A stretch of 62,226 nucleotides of DNA, filler included, from Sphacelaria rigidula (GCA_964200075.2; 11 parts of 11 records of this genome joined end to end with filler, not necessarily neighbours in it), one strand, 5' to 3'; numbered from the whole stretch's first letter, positions 37,021-50,042 are shown. A program made the numbers and translations. Notes: generated from the sequence alone by a model not told the origin.

Positions 37021-37368
37021 TCGTGTTTTCGTTACATCTATTCTGGACGCCAGTCTACACCTTTCGGTATACCTGGGCGCACCAGCCGGGGTCACACAGG
37101 AGGATGGCCAACACAGGAGCCTTTTTCTTTTGTATTTATTTGTAGTACCCCACCTTCCTTCTGCGGTGCTTGCCTGTTATTTTTTATCGCGAGAAGGGTT
37201 CAGCAATCCCTTTCCCTCGTCGACCGCTAAGTCGAGCTTTGTGTACCCACGACATAGTCGCTCTCCACTGTTGGGTATGGTGTGAGAAAAAATCTCAGAT
37301 CGCTCCGAGAGTTGAACCTACGACCCAACCATCCGAAGGTTTCGAGATTACCAACTGAGCCACCTGAC
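37021..37368 (-). mobile_element. tRNA-derived SINE, second copy
   Basis: Reverse-complement homologue of 31599-31963, with A box tggctcagttgg. Confidence 0.88.
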
Positions 37369-37534
37369 GGTTGTGCCCTATTCATAGTTCATCCCAAATG
37401 GGGTCCAACTCTAAATATTGCCTTGAGAGCTTAAACCCGTTCCTAGGCTGGCCCAGCTCGGGTACAGATTCCACAGATGTTTGGCACGAGAGCGGCAACG
37501 TTTTGTGAAGCCTAATGGAAGCCGAGGCAAGCCA

Positions 37535-37977
37535 CACGGGATCTTACAAATTGGGGATGGATCTTTTATAAGGTATGAGAAACCCGGAGAGTTAAAATCT
37601 TCGTATCCACACCAAATCTTCGAAATATGATCCCATTTCTACACCTACTGGTAGCTGTCGACAACTGCCAAAACACCCCACAGAAATTTTCGTTTCGATC
37701 ACCGAAATGTTGGGGTCCTGGGTGAAAAACCAATTCTAGGGAATTCCGGGTGTCCGAACGGACGCCAAAGTGGTTCCGAAAGTGCTTTTTCACCTAAGAT
37801 CCCACCATTTCGGTGATCGAAATCCAATTTATTATGGCAGGTAGAAGTTGTCAAAAGCTATCAGTAAGTGAAGAAGTAGAACCATACTTCAAAGATTTGG
37901 TGTGGATACGAAGTTTTTAATCCTCCGGGTTTCTTATCCCCAATAAAGGATCCATCCCCAGTTTGTAAGATCCCGTG
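37535..37977. mobile_element. Foldback MITE, second copy
   Basis: cacgggatcttacaaattgggg...tttgtaagatcccgtg. Confidence 0.92.
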
Positions 37978-39498
37978 TTGAGCGCGTGATGTCACCATTG
38001 GACAGCCGTTTTGAGGCCATCAAATCAGTCAGAATTTCAAAGCTATTCCAACGTGGTGAGGAGAAACACACGCTTTGCCCACAGTCAGAGACAGTGGTTT
38101 GTCTGGGCTACGCCCAGCTACGCTTCTTGAAAGCTAACCCAACCTACGATATATAATATGTCAAACCCCATGTGGGCCATGTCAGCCTCGGCTAAGTGAC
38201 CGCCAGAGGTATGTTTCAGTCTGCATGCCAAGAAAATCTCTATGGTCGTGGGTTATCTCCTACATCCTCCCAACCCGAATATGTACGACTGTCCTTGTAG
38301 TAAGTCCGTGCCCAAAATTGACGATAACATCCCCCACACGCGATTGGATCTTCGTGGAACGCTCGTTGCTTGACAACGGCATACCGGTGACAGGAACATG
38401 GCCCTGTTTTTCGAAGACGGGTCTCGTAGGGTATGCACAAAGGCACGTGCTGTCCAAAAATAGAGGCAAAAAAAGGGATCGATCTTTGCACCGGTCGCCA
38501 CGAAAGACGAGACGCAAATCAGTCAAGATGCGGCAATAATATTTTTTCAAGTATCGAAAATCTAAAGGCAGGTTGAACCCCACCCCGATGTTGAACCCCA
38601 TTTTCAAGAAAACCGACCTTCTCCGACACACCCGGGAGGACTACCTTGAAGGGTGGGCCCCGCCCCCGGTTGATCGTATTATAGACCCCCAGTGCGGCTA
38701 TCCAGAACGACGTCTTCAAGTAAACTGACATGTATGTGTTGGCATGATGCGTCGTTGCACGTGGGGTCAAAGGGATATGATGAAACAACTACTCCACCTG
38801 CTAGGCAACCATACTTATTATGCTGTCTCCCCACCTGAGACATCGAGTGGTTTCTCGAGCTTCCTGCCAGCGCTAAATGATACGGAATTGCCACCAAGCA
38901 CTACCCAATGCCCAAGGTAAGGTTTGGCGATGATGACATAGGCTAGCCGTTTGTCCCTTGAAAGACGTCAGCAGACCCTCGCCTGAAAAAAGTCGGGCGC
39001 TTTCGCACCTCAAGGGGAGTAACATGTCCACTGGCACAATTTTACATCTACTGTACGGCATCAGCACAAAATAGATGCTGCGAATCCCTGGGAAGAGCAG
39101 GGTCTGAGGTTGCGCCGGAGTTAATGTCTTCCGAACCTTTGTCTTGGAACGAGCCACACACGCTGTTGGGCGTCGCGTTGCTCGGCATCCATCTCATTCT
39201 TGAAAAAAGCTCATTCGGCGCCCACGCCGGCCATGATTGCAACTGTACAGCACAGCACGGCACAGCACACGGTTTTGTGGGGGCTGGTGGCGTCTGGTGG
39301 TACGACGGATAGTTCGGCGATTGAGGGGCTGACTTGAAGGCTGGACTACAGATCTCAAGGTGTAAGAGCTAGTGGTACGATGGGTGTTGCATGATTGAGG
39401 GGCTGGCTGGAAGGTTGAACCAAAGATCCCAAGGTGCAACAACCACTAACAGGTTCGTCTTTAATTCGGCATCCCCGATAGTCTTACAAAGCACAAGT

Positions 39499-39564
39499 AA
39501 CAGTGTTTTCGTGAGATTGATAGTGGATGATACGATTGAGAGTGGCTTTGATCATTCGCTTTAA
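39499..39564. mobile_element. End of an AACAGTGTTTTCGTGAG-TIR MITE at a contig break
   Basis: Near reverse complement of 45337-45402; same TIR as 57649 and 61330. Confidence 0.8.
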
Positions 39565-39664
39565 NNNNNNNNNNNNNNNNNNNNNNNNNNNNNNNNNNNN
39601 NNNNNNNNTTAATTAATTAANNNNNNNNNNNNNNNNNNNNNNNNNNNNNNNNNNNNNNNNNNNN
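39565..39664. other. Artificial contig spacer
   Basis: N + TTAATTAATTAA + N. Confidence 0.99.
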
Positions 39665-39733
39665 AACCCTAACCATAGGAATGTTCAAATTCCGATGCGG
39701 TCCTCTAAGCACGCGGTCCTCTCACGCATTACA
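39665..39733 (+). mobile_element. Right half of the telomere-tract MITE
   Basis: aaccctaacc...aagcacgcggtcctctcacgcattaca. Confidence 0.85.
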
Positions 39734-39841
39734 CAGAGGGTGTTTCGGCCGCAACTTTACGTCAATAGAGCCATACTCCACATCTACTCCTGCAACGTGG
39801 TTTGATTGTTTTTCAATTTTGAAAAGCTCGGGTGATAGAGG

Positions 39842-40052
39842 TGTGACGTGTGAGAGGACCGCGTGCTTAGAGGATCGCATCGGAATTTGAACATCCCTAT
39901 GGTCAAGGCTTGGGTCAGGGTTAGTGTTGGGGTTAGGGTCAGGGGGGTGGTACCTGCAGGGACTGGCCCGACTGATTTTGGAAAACGTCGATCCTGGGGT
40001 GTTTTGAACTACAGCGCGGTCCTTTAAGCACGCGATCCTCTCACGCATTACA
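39842..40052 (-). mobile_element. TGT...ACA MITE with an internal TTAGGG-like tract and GAGG TSD
   Basis: gagg|tgtgacgtgtgagaggaccgcg...cgcgatcctctcacgcattaca|gagg. Confidence 0.88.
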
Positions 40053-40453
40053 GAGGATGAAATTGTCTTTCTCCGGGTACTACTCTGGTCGTTGATCTAC
40101 GTGTCGTGGTTCCCACGAACCAGAGTTTCTCCCGTTACGTGCCTTGTAAACTGTTCGCTTCCTGAACACCTTGAGCGTACCTTAATTGGTACATTTACCT
40201 CTACTGAATTGTTTGTGCTCTTCTCTTCGAAAGCGCGTATTTCTGCAAACGACTACCACCGTGCTTGACCCCAAAAGCTTCAACACCGCTGCCGGGGCAC
40301 ACACCGTCTAAGGAGATAGATAAAGCCACCCCGCGGTGCTTTTTCTTCTACGACATAGCCCCCGGTGTCACTAGCAAGGTTCCTGATGACTATCGCATGC
40401 TTGTGAGCGCCACGGCATGCGCCAAGGGCAACTCTGCGGTGTATTGTGCTGGG

Positions 40454-40660
40454 TGTAATGCGTGAGAGGACCGCGTTCTTAGAGAACCGCGCCGTAGTTC
40501 AACATACCTCAGGATCGACGTTTTTCAAAACCAATCGGGTCAATCCCTGCAGAGGTACCACGCCCCTGACCCTGACCCTGACCCTAACCCTAACCCTAAC
40601 CATAGCGATGTTCAAATTCCGATGAGGTCCTCTAAGCACGCGGTTCCCTCACGCATTACA
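40454..40660 (+). mobile_element. TGT...ACA MITE with an internal (CCCTGA)n(CCCTAA)n tract
   Basis: ~37-bp TIR tgtaatgcgtgagaggaccgcg; telomere-like tract at ~40564-40601. Confidence 0.9.
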
Positions 40661-41002
40661 CGGGGGTCCGAACTATTAGACATTCGCCAAACGCGAAGGC
40701 TTGGCGAAAACATCTCGCCGCGCTTCATTTTGGGAGAACGTTGAAAAAAGGGTGCGAAAACGCCAAAAATCTTGGCGATCTCCCACAAAACTGTGTCGAT
40801 AATAACGGCCCTTAGGCCGTGTCTTACCAAATCGTTTTCGACTCGAAAACGTGCCGTGGAATCGAATTTGCCCGTACCTGATACGTCCACAGCATCCATG
40901 TTGTCTACCATCTGAAAAAATAAAGAGCGTCGGAGAATCAGAAGCGAGGGGATGCGATTCGACCGCACATTTTCGACACGAAGACAATTTGACAAGACAG
41001 GG

Positions 41003-41107
41003 CCTCAGACGGTGAGCGTAGGTCATCATATATATGGTTAATCGGCATCAATTTCACTCGAAGAAACTGTGCATGATACAGATGGACAACCCTCGCGGTC
41101 TAAGGAC
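41003..41107. mobile_element. Degenerate piggyBac-like MITE copy
   Basis: cggcatcaatttcactcgaagaaactgtgcatgatacagatggacaaccctcgcggtc is homologous to the 57267 element. Confidence 0.65.
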
Positions 41108-41497
41108 TGATCGCGTCTCCAGCAAAAGCAAACACGAAAACCCTTTTACCCCATCGTTTTGGCACCACGACGACCCAAACAAAGCACACCGCACTGGTAA
41201 CCTCAAGCCCGACACCGCGGGCTACTACATGTCTCTGCGCTGGTTTTCTAGCTCTCAAAGTCAGCGAAGGCATGACCTGCTCACGCTTCCTTCTCGTAAA
41301 ACCAACTAATGCAGCATCAAGCTGGGCGACTCGAATCGCAATGGCCCCCCCAGTCTGGATCAAGTTGGCCATCTTCCCTGGCCGTGAAAAATTGTAACAG
41401 TACAGTGTCACACGGTCAATTACTACTGTATGCGCCCATTATTCACAGATGGGTGGTTTCGCAACCAATCCCAGCAGCATCATCAGCCGTTAAGATG

Positions 41498-41593
41498 TAT
41501 CTCAAACTCGAGGTTTCTGGTGTAAGCACAATTGGAGGTTCCCGGTATGCTCAACTACTTGTTGAACATACCGGGAACCTCGAGTTTGAGATA
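41498..41593. repeat. Compact inverted repeat / hairpin
   Basis: gaggttcccggtatgctcaac-tactt-gttgaacataccgggaacctc, plus outer tatctcaaactcgaggtt / aacctcgagtttgagata. Confidence 0.85.
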
Positions 41594-44264
41594 GCTGTAC
41601 TTCTTTGTATCGCCAATTCTGCCTTCATAACGTGTGTTGAATCGGCAACAATTTCACCGGAGAAATAAAAACAGCTGGGTCTGTATGGCAGGGAAGATAT
41701 GACTTACTCAAGCGGCCAAAGGGTGGGGCCTTTTGACAGCAAGAATGTAGCATTTATTTGTTGAATGGGCGTCCTCCTCACTCTCACGTAAAGCCCAGGT
41801 GACCCACAACAGCAGTAGTGGTCGAAGGTTCATGCAGCAGAAGTGGGCCCAACTTCGAACGACTCGTATGTAATTCGAGTCGGTCAGGCCCGATCGCATT
41901 TGCCAGAAGAAATCGCACGGCTCCAGTCAGATCAAGTTTTGATCTACCAGAATGACTCGTATGACTCGCAGTTAGACTCATTTCGTCTCACTCCTGCGAT
42001 TGTTCCGCATGATTGAATCGGGTGCGTCCTTATTTTTTGTCCAAGTTCTGGAATCCAATCGTTAGAAATCGGAATCATGATGGATTTCGAACCCAGCCGA
42101 GTCTCAAAAGCAAACTGCACACGAGCACGTGCTGAAGACTCCAAGAAACTTGGAGGATTGACGAGGTGAAGGGGGATGCGATTTCGGCACATGCTACAAG
42201 CCTCAGGGCTAATGGTTGTGAAACATCAACTATGTATGGAGGGTTAACCCTAACCCTAACCCTAACAAGTACATATAGTATACATGCACTGGTGCTGCTG
42301 AGGCATTCTGAAAATATCCGAGAGTGCGTGTCAGCGAGCTGCAGACGACGCGCATGTTGAAACATAACTTGAGGACATACATCCCTGAAAGTGTCAAATA
42401 TGGCGAAAATACATGAAGTTTGATCACCCTCGGATCACCAGCATGAAATTCCTGGAATGAACCGAACGTTGAGTTTACAGTAAATGAACCTTTCGGCCGA
42501 CCCGCTCTCTTGGGCAGGAACGCGGGATCTTTTCTCGCAAATACAGGGCCTCACGTTTGTCGCCAGCGAGGGCCATTTTATTTCGTCATCTCTTTAGACT
42601 CATCTCGTCGAATGTTCGGATTCACTGTAGTCGCATAACTCGTGCGAGATTCGAGTGATGCCGTGATAGCCCCCCCCAGAAAAATGGCTGGTTCGAGGAC
42701 GCGAAATCCACATGTAAGCCAAAATTGCAAAGCCGGGCACACCGAACAGCTTCATATACTCCCAGGCTTGTGATCGTTTTCGTGAATGTCATCCATGGGA
42801 GAGGCTTTACGGGGTCTCAAACCAGGTATCATATACAGCGCGCTGAACCGCCATTTTATGTGGCTGGTTAGGGAAGGGGGGGCGCAGTCATGATCTTGCA
42901 TAATGTCATTCATCTTGTCGAATCCCTGCAAAGCCTCGACAGCGCGCGCCGCGTTTTCACCTGACAACGCTCGCATGTAATCACTAAGCGCGAAGCACCG
43001 TCATATGTTCGGCGCGTCGCATGAAGGGTAACCTCCCTCCTACCGAGATTGTTTGGCCCGAAGCGTACTGATTATCTTGGATTTGGATGACAGCCCCTAG
43101 TGAGTTGCTTCATTTTCTGGTATCGTCACTTCTAGAGGCAGCCACGGCTTACACATTGCCTCATGGGTGTCTCACCATTTGAACACTACGTAGTATGATG
43201 CACCCCTTTACGCGAAGTTGAAGTTCTCCTACCTACCCCGCACAATGTGATCTCTGTGTCTACCACTATCATGGTTACCGCAAAACAACTGAAGCGCGCA
43301 AACAAAATAGACAACCTCGTTGCCTAGCTCACGCAGTGAGCGGCGTGTTCTACAGCGTCATTGACAACCGACGCCAACTCCATACGAGTTCATTTTGGGG
43401 GAGGGGCGTGGGGGGCGGGGGGGGAGAGTATCAGGGGATCACTCATTCGCCGAAACATCAACCAAGTGGGTGCCCTGGTACAAGTCACATCCGTTGCCAT
43501 TTCCCGAGCGACCGGTGACGACGCAGGCGCGCCATCGTTTCCCTAAATCACCCGAATATGAAATCGAGTCGTAAGTCACCCTCACCCCGTTTGTGTGACT
43601 CGTTGGCTCGAGAAGTCAGGAAACAACAAATAGTGCAGAGATACCGCACCTCTCGGCTATGATAATTAGACACATACACACCTGTGTCTCCTCCCTCGCC
43701 ACCACTGGGGTAAAGCTTTGCTTGGTAGATCGTACCCGAACGTAAGTCCACTGGATTTCACCCTTCCTTGGTGTACGACCACAACAATTTCAATGGGCTT
43801 GGCGCCGAAGGTAATCCCGTGCGGCACGAATATACGGCTGGTATTGTGCTCTCTATGGCTGACTCAGAGAGTCGTCTGCAGTGGAAATGTCCGGTCCGGA
43901 AAAATTGAATGTGCTCCCGGGTGCACCATCGAAAATCATGTTCACCCTGGGATAATGGCGAAAACACGTGCGGCTGACCAGTGCCGCATGACCACCGTCA
44001 CGGTGGTGACCTCGGTCACACTTTCAATCGAGCCGGCACAACCAACGCCGATTTTTGTACAGTGACATGTATTGCCACTTTTTGTCTGGCCGACTTCCCT
44101 TTGCCTGCGTGACTTCCCACTGCCAGCTCTAAAAAAAAAGCCCGCGTTGATTATTCAAGCTAAAAATATGCTGCTCCTCTACTCCCTCCCCATCCATGTA
44201 TAATGCAGCTTATATTTCCCATCCATGCAGTCTTCTCTCCCCGTCCCCCCTGCTGCGTTCCTTC

Positions 44265-44463
44265 TGTAATGCGTGGGAGGACCGCGTGCTCAGGGGACCG
44301 CATCGTAGTTCGAAACAGCTCACGATCGACGTTTTTCGAAACCAATCGGACCAGTCCCTGTACGGATCACGCCCCTGACCCTAACCCCGACGCAAACCCT
44401 AATCATGGGGATGTTCAAATCCCGATGTGGTCCTCTAAGCACGTGATCCTCTCACGCATTTCA
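44265..44463 (+). mobile_element. Fourth copy of the telomere-tract MITE
   Basis: tgtaatgcgtgggaggaccgcg...ccctgaccctaaccc...gatcctctcacgcatttca. Confidence 0.85.
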
Positions 44464-44863
44464 CCTTTCCATTGTCTATGGGTATCACTAAAGGATGAGA
44501 TTCCACCTAACCCTCCAAGGGCGTGACTACTTCGCCGCCAGCTCCAACATTAAACCCCTTGATCGCCAGAGTGGGTTCCCTGGGTCTTGTCCTCATTTTT
44601 CAAATGAAAATTATGCCAAGCAGCATATAATCGACGCTGGGGGTGACAAGTGCGCTCCATGTTGTTCGAAACAACAGGCGAATGCTGGAGAGACTGCAAG
44701 CGGTGCACATAACATAGCGGTAACGATAGACTTGACATAACTGACAAAAGAAGAATATGCTGATACAGTCACCATGATGTGGTCTGTTCCGGAACACACG
44801 CCACACTCTTTACCTTGAGTTCTCCGTGCCGCTGGATACACAAAGCGGTAGCTCTGGGGTGAG

Positions 44864-44923
44864 CATGACTTTCGATGGTGCACCATGACTTTCGATGGTG
44901 CACCATGACTTTCGATGGTGCAC
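44864..44923. repeat. 20-bp perfect tandem repeat x3
   Basis: catgactttcgatggtgcac x3; a single inverted homologue lies at ~43921-43940. Confidence 0.95.
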
Positions 44924-45139
44924 CAGGGTGCACATACAGTTTTCCGCAAAACGTCCGCTGGGCATACACGTAATGTCCGCCGGGCATATGCATCATATTC
45001 GTGGTTGACCCCACAACGGTATGATATTTCCGATGCAGCTGGGTGCAGGTGTGCGGTGGTCGTTAGCATTATTTGAATCTTAGTTGCAAGGAAGATTCGA
45101 AAAGCCGGTCAACCGCGAAATATTCCACAGGGTCATTCG

Positions 45140-45172
<33 letters not shown>

Positions 45173-45230
45173 CCCCGCTCACCGAAACACGACCACCCAC
45201 GCTCCCAACCGCCCCAAAGCCTCGCACAAG

Positions 45231-45330
45231 NNNNNNNNNNNNNNNNNNNNNNNNNNNNNNNNNNNNNNNNNNNNTTAATTAATTAANNNNNNNNNNNNNN
45301 NNNNNNNNNNNNNNNNNNNNNNNNNNNNNN
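45231..45330. other. Artificial contig spacer
   Basis: N + TTAATTAATTAA + N. Confidence 0.99.
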
Positions 45331-45999
45331 ACTCACTTAAAGCGAATGATCAAAGCCACTCTCAATCGTATCATCTACTCTCAATCTCACGAAAACACTG
45401 TTATAAGCCGACGGAGTTCGGCTCATCCCCCACAACTCTCAACGTCACAGAGCCTCCCCTTGGCAAGCACGGGTTCATGAGGGAAACAATCTGTTTGAAC
45501 CGCAAACCTCGTCGGGGACAAAATCAAGACACCGCACATGGTTAGTGTAGGGTAGGGTACAGAGTAGGGTATTTCGGGGCGTCGACACCCTCGGTACCTA
45601 TTGCACTGGGTATCTCAAGCAGTCGATACCCTGACCACCCCGGAGTGCTATAATAGTACTTTAAAATACCCTCAAAATCCAGGGAACCCCAGGGTAGGTA
45701 CGTCACCCTATAGGAACCAACTGTGCAAGACACCACCTAAACACGCACCGTTCAAGCGCGTATACATCCCTTCAAATACTCCACGCCGTTCAGTCGTTCA
45801 GCAACAACAGCTGTCGTGTGTGTTGGGCCATGTGCATGCTACACACAATTGGCGCGACCACGTCCCTTGTAGTGTTCAAGATTATAGTGTCCCGAAATGG
45901 CCAAGCGCTGCCGATCGCAGCTCACGTACCAATAAATAACTATGACGCACGGCCTACAATATGTGCATGGCAGCCGTATTTGCTTTGTAGGCGCCTCCC

Positions 46000-47330
46000 T
46001 TCAGCCAAAAATGGTAAACGGTCAAATGCCTAAAGCAAGCAACAAATGAATACGCCCCCTCCTCCCCCCGATACAACCAACTACAGCACGCCGAGCCCCC
46101 TCACAGCCCTGGCAACTGGCAGCCGGCGAGGAACCTGATCACCTCAAGGGTCAACCGTGACTCTGCCTGCAAGAATAAGTTACTCGAGGCACTTTCCAGT
46201 TCACCCGTGTCCCCATTTTTCTCATTTATCCCTTGCCCCCACCCGAAAAGCAACGTCTTCTATGAGTTTCTTGCACCGTGTACCTTCCCTATCTCGACCA
46301 CGGGTCTGAACAGAAGCGTCGATGCGATCGGCTGAGAACAAGGTAGGCTACCCTCATTTCCTTGCACGGTAGCCTACGCCGCTTCTGACAGTCTCGGAAC
46401 CTTCCTTGCTCGTCACAAAAACGCCCGTTCCAGGAGATTGGGATGCCCGCAACGGCGCTCCGGCGTACACCGAAATCGAGTGACGGGCCAATTCGTGGTG
46501 GACACGCGCCCCCGACACTTTTGCCACGGACACAAAGCTACCCTTCTCTACTTGCCAAGAATGTCTTCAGCGCGAACAAAAAAAAGGGTGCTGCACAGGG
46601 GTACTCTTCATCACGCATGATTGTGGTGATATCTGACTGACATCTTTCTCTTAAGCGTCATGGTGTCCGTCACGAATTGCATCGATCAAGTGGCGCATCT
46701 TCATGACACAGAGCGCTTCGTTCTTGGCTCTCTGTCGCACAAGCACCTTGACGCATTGGACGGGGCAAACAGCACAAGCCGGGAAAAGTAGGGACATAAC
46801 AACTCGCCGGATTACCGGGTGCAAAAAACGTCTTCAAAGCAGCACATGCGCACTCTGCAAGATTCTATTGCAAGTCGAACACACACGTGGTATTTATCGT
46901 GCCGGCGTTGAGCCTTGCAGCTTTTCCGCGGCAACGGGTTGCTGTCTCTTAATAGTGATGGTCCCGTCACGCGATACAGCGGTCATGAGCATACTGCGCA
47001 TGTACAGTATGCGACCACAAGAATAGAACGTCAGGGTCACCGTGTCAAGGTGTGCAACTTACGACGCCGAAAAACAAAGGCCACCTTCAAAACCCATTAC
47101 TCCCGATATGCTTTGTATGCACAGCACAGCTATGCTTCTGCGTTCGTCACAAGAGTTGCCACGGCATCATGACATAGTATCACCTCGGCGTGAACACCGT
47201 AGCACCGCATCATGTCCACGATTTGCGCGGGGTCGTTCTCTTCGACAGCCACCATGTAAAAGCAGCCGCGAGGACTCAAAAAATCCTTTCCAAAGTGGCG
47301 ACGAGCGAGCACGAGTGAGAGAGGGGAGCA
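46000..47330 (-). mobile_element. Highly decayed Ty1/copia RT/RNase H end, PPT (46055-46069) and 3' LTR start (46052)
   Basis: Frameshifted remnants resembling AYxDADYA, AEYxAL, DVRYHH and ADILxK in the expected order. The post-PPT sequence aligns with positions 1-50. Confidence 0.55.
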
Positions 47331-48424
47331 GGAAGCATGTTAGCAACTGCAAGTCTGCAAAAGCTAGCTCTGTACCAGGAGGCTGGCTGCAACGTCAGTG
47401 TCGACTTTATATTGAACTGATGAAAGAATGAACAGCGGAAATCGACGCCCAGTATCAATCACTATATCAACCTCCGAGTATCACTGTAGTAGGTACACGT
47501 AGTAGTCATCAACACTTTTTTTTTATTGAAAACGTTTTTTGCAGGTTTTTTAGTTTTCAAGACTCATCACGATTAGTGTTGATCTCAAACATGGAACAAA
47601 ACAGTTTGCGTACTCTACGCAAACCACCGAAGGAGAAAAAAAGGGTGTACGACCAACTTTGCACGGATTCCGGGCTAACCGGTCGTCGGGGGTCCTACGA
47701 GTGTACAACCGCAGGTTCTCGCTTTTGGTACGTTCGCTCGACCGAATCGATCCGGATCGTCATAATGAACAATCTTATGGTTCACATTTTTATGGATATC
47801 CGTTGCGCCGCAGCCGAAAAACGAGGCTGGTTTACCAGCGTTGGGTTACAAATGTCCATGGTTGACACAATTTTACAAGTATCCTTACCCCTAACCCTAA
47901 CCCCAACCCAGCGCAGACCGAGAACCCCTCGAGCAAGGGCGGTGCATACATTCCCTAGGCAAAGTGCAGCCTTGGTAGACCCTAAATCGGCGCCTGTGGT
48001 GCCGATTTCAACGAAAACGCGTTCTGCGCACGCGAGGAGCACACGGAACTGTCAGCCCTACTAAAATTCCGATTCTCGTTGTACACACCCAAATACTGTA
48101 ATATCAACCATGAGCATTTGTAGCCCAACACCGGTAAACTCTACTGCGGAAAACAGTGTGTTTGAACAACGTAGGGTCAATAACACCCCCTTGATAAATA
48201 GGGTTCTACTCCATATTTTCCCCACAACACAAAACTTGGGAAATGTAAACTGGGGACGATCTGCTACTTATTCCAACACCTACCGACTTTCAAACTTGTT
48301 TTCGAGTGAAGATACCGAATCGCTCGCGATAAAGTCCCGATTGACTGAAGCAACAGCTTAATCGTTGACTGCCACACAAGTCACGCCTCGGCAAGGGCTG
48401 CACATCCGGCCTAGATATTTCTTA

Positions 48425-48860
48425 TTGAGGGGCTCCTGAGTTAGCTACACAAGAATATGGGTCAGGACATTCCCGCTTAGAAATTCATTCGAGATACTGA
48501 ATACCTAGCCCATGGGAAGCTACAGCCATCGTGGCGTGCTCTTAAATATTTCACTAATCGTTCTTGGATAAGATAAGGGGCTCCTCCTGATTCAAACCTG
48601 CAAGCGATGCTGCAGTAGGGGTACACTTTTTGCGCGAATTCTTATCTGGTTAAGGGGCTCCTAACGATTTTAGATGCACAAGATAATCGGTCAGGGTCAT
48701 CCCGTTCGCAAATTCATTCGGGATATCCCTAGCACATTGGAAAAGTCATCCTGGCGTACTTTCACGGGTTAATATAAGTTGTGTTTTGGATGAGATGAAG
48801 GGCTCCGAACGATTCTAACCAGAGAAAAAAATTGTGCACCCCTACCGAAGCATCACTCCT
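48425..48860. repeat. Degenerate ~225-bp tandem duplication; end shared with 50997-51060
   Basis: aggggctcct...ggtcagg...aattcattcg occurs twice; cccctaccgNagcatcact is shared. Confidence 0.65.
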
Positions 48861-50034
48861 GGTAATAAAAGAAATTGTGCACCCCTATCGTGGCACCACT
48901 CACCACTATATTCGACTTCCGTGTATAACATATTATCATTGTATCAATTTATTGTAAAGGGAAGAAAATAAATTGGTTGTTTGGGGTTCAAGTATTATTT
49001 TTTGGAAAACGGAAACACGCTGGATTATTATTTTTTTGGGAAAAGGGAACACAATTACTTGGTTGGTGGTTAGGAATGGATGGTTGGATGCTTTGTTGAA
49101 TTTTGTTTTTTGGACAAGGGAATGATACTTGTTGGGGTTGCTGGGGGTGGGTTATTTTTTGGAAAAAGGGAAGACAATATATCGATCGTTTGTATTTACA
49201 TAGTATATACACGTGTGTGTAAATAATCAGCGATGTGCACTGTCTGATTATTTTGTGCCGTGCGAATATTATGATTTATTTCTTCTTCGTTGTAAAGGGT
49301 TGAGAAGCTACTTTCTTAGATGGCTGTGGGGGAGCAGGGTAGTTTTTTCACCATTGCACTGTTATTGCCCTGCATTCAGACCCGCGATCAAATGACGGAA
49401 GGTTCCAAACGTCTAACGACTGCGACTCTGCGTCGTGGGGGTCGCAGCGTTCGAAATAATAATCATATTTCGAGTTCAGTGACAGTAATCGAATCTGAGT
49501 CGTCCCTCATTTTCGAATTTAAGCGTAGGAATCGACCCCGAGTCGTTATCATCTTCCGAACGACGTCATGGGAGTCGACTCTGAATCGACCCTCTTATTC
49601 GAATTTAGTCATGGGATTCGATTTCGAGTCGTCGTCATTTTCCAGATTCAGTCGGAGTCGACTCTGGGTCGTCCCTCACTTTCCGAACTCAAGTCGTGAA
49701 AGTTCAAAATCGCGATCGACGAGTGGCGGGGTTCGTGTGGAAGATTCCCCGACAACCACACATGAAAAACCGTCATATCGCCCCGGGGCTATCAAGCCGG
49801 TCGCGTTTGCTTAAACTTCGTCGATTGGTGGAATACAAGACTCCCTGTGCACGTGCTTCTGTAGATGACACAGCGAGATTTTGATGAACAAAAAAACAAA
49901 GCTGTAGCACCGTACATAGCCAACGTTGAACGTTGATTTCACAGCTAGGACGAATCATCACGGCTACAAATCACCAAATCCACGATTTCTTCGGCCTGAT
50001 TGCCCAAGAGGGAGAAAAAAGTTGACCACTGGTC

Positions 50035-50042
50035 NNNNNNNN
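50035..50042. other. 8-N scaffold gap inside a repeat
   Basis: Short N run without the linker sequence. Confidence 0.95.

Larger units (their letters stand above)
36570..37422. mobile_element. Foldback element hosting a nested MITE and SINE
   Basis: caatatctagagttggaccc mirrors gggtccaactctaaatattg; inner arms are at 36635-36676 and 36714-36760. Confidence 0.7.

Noticed and set aside
38240..39160. Overlapping minus-strand ORFs, possibly a decayed tyrosine recombinase or pseudogene
   Set aside because: No recognisable catalytic motifs (HSxRxG absent) and no consistent exon structure.
40564..42266. True telomere
   Set aside because: The tracts are only a few units long and internal, mostly within MITEs; similar short tracts occur at ~47890 and ~52810.
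42752..42976. hAT-like transposase fragment (KWRFSALYMI resembling TRWxSxYxM)
   Set aside because: Only one weak motif, with no other hAT signatures found.
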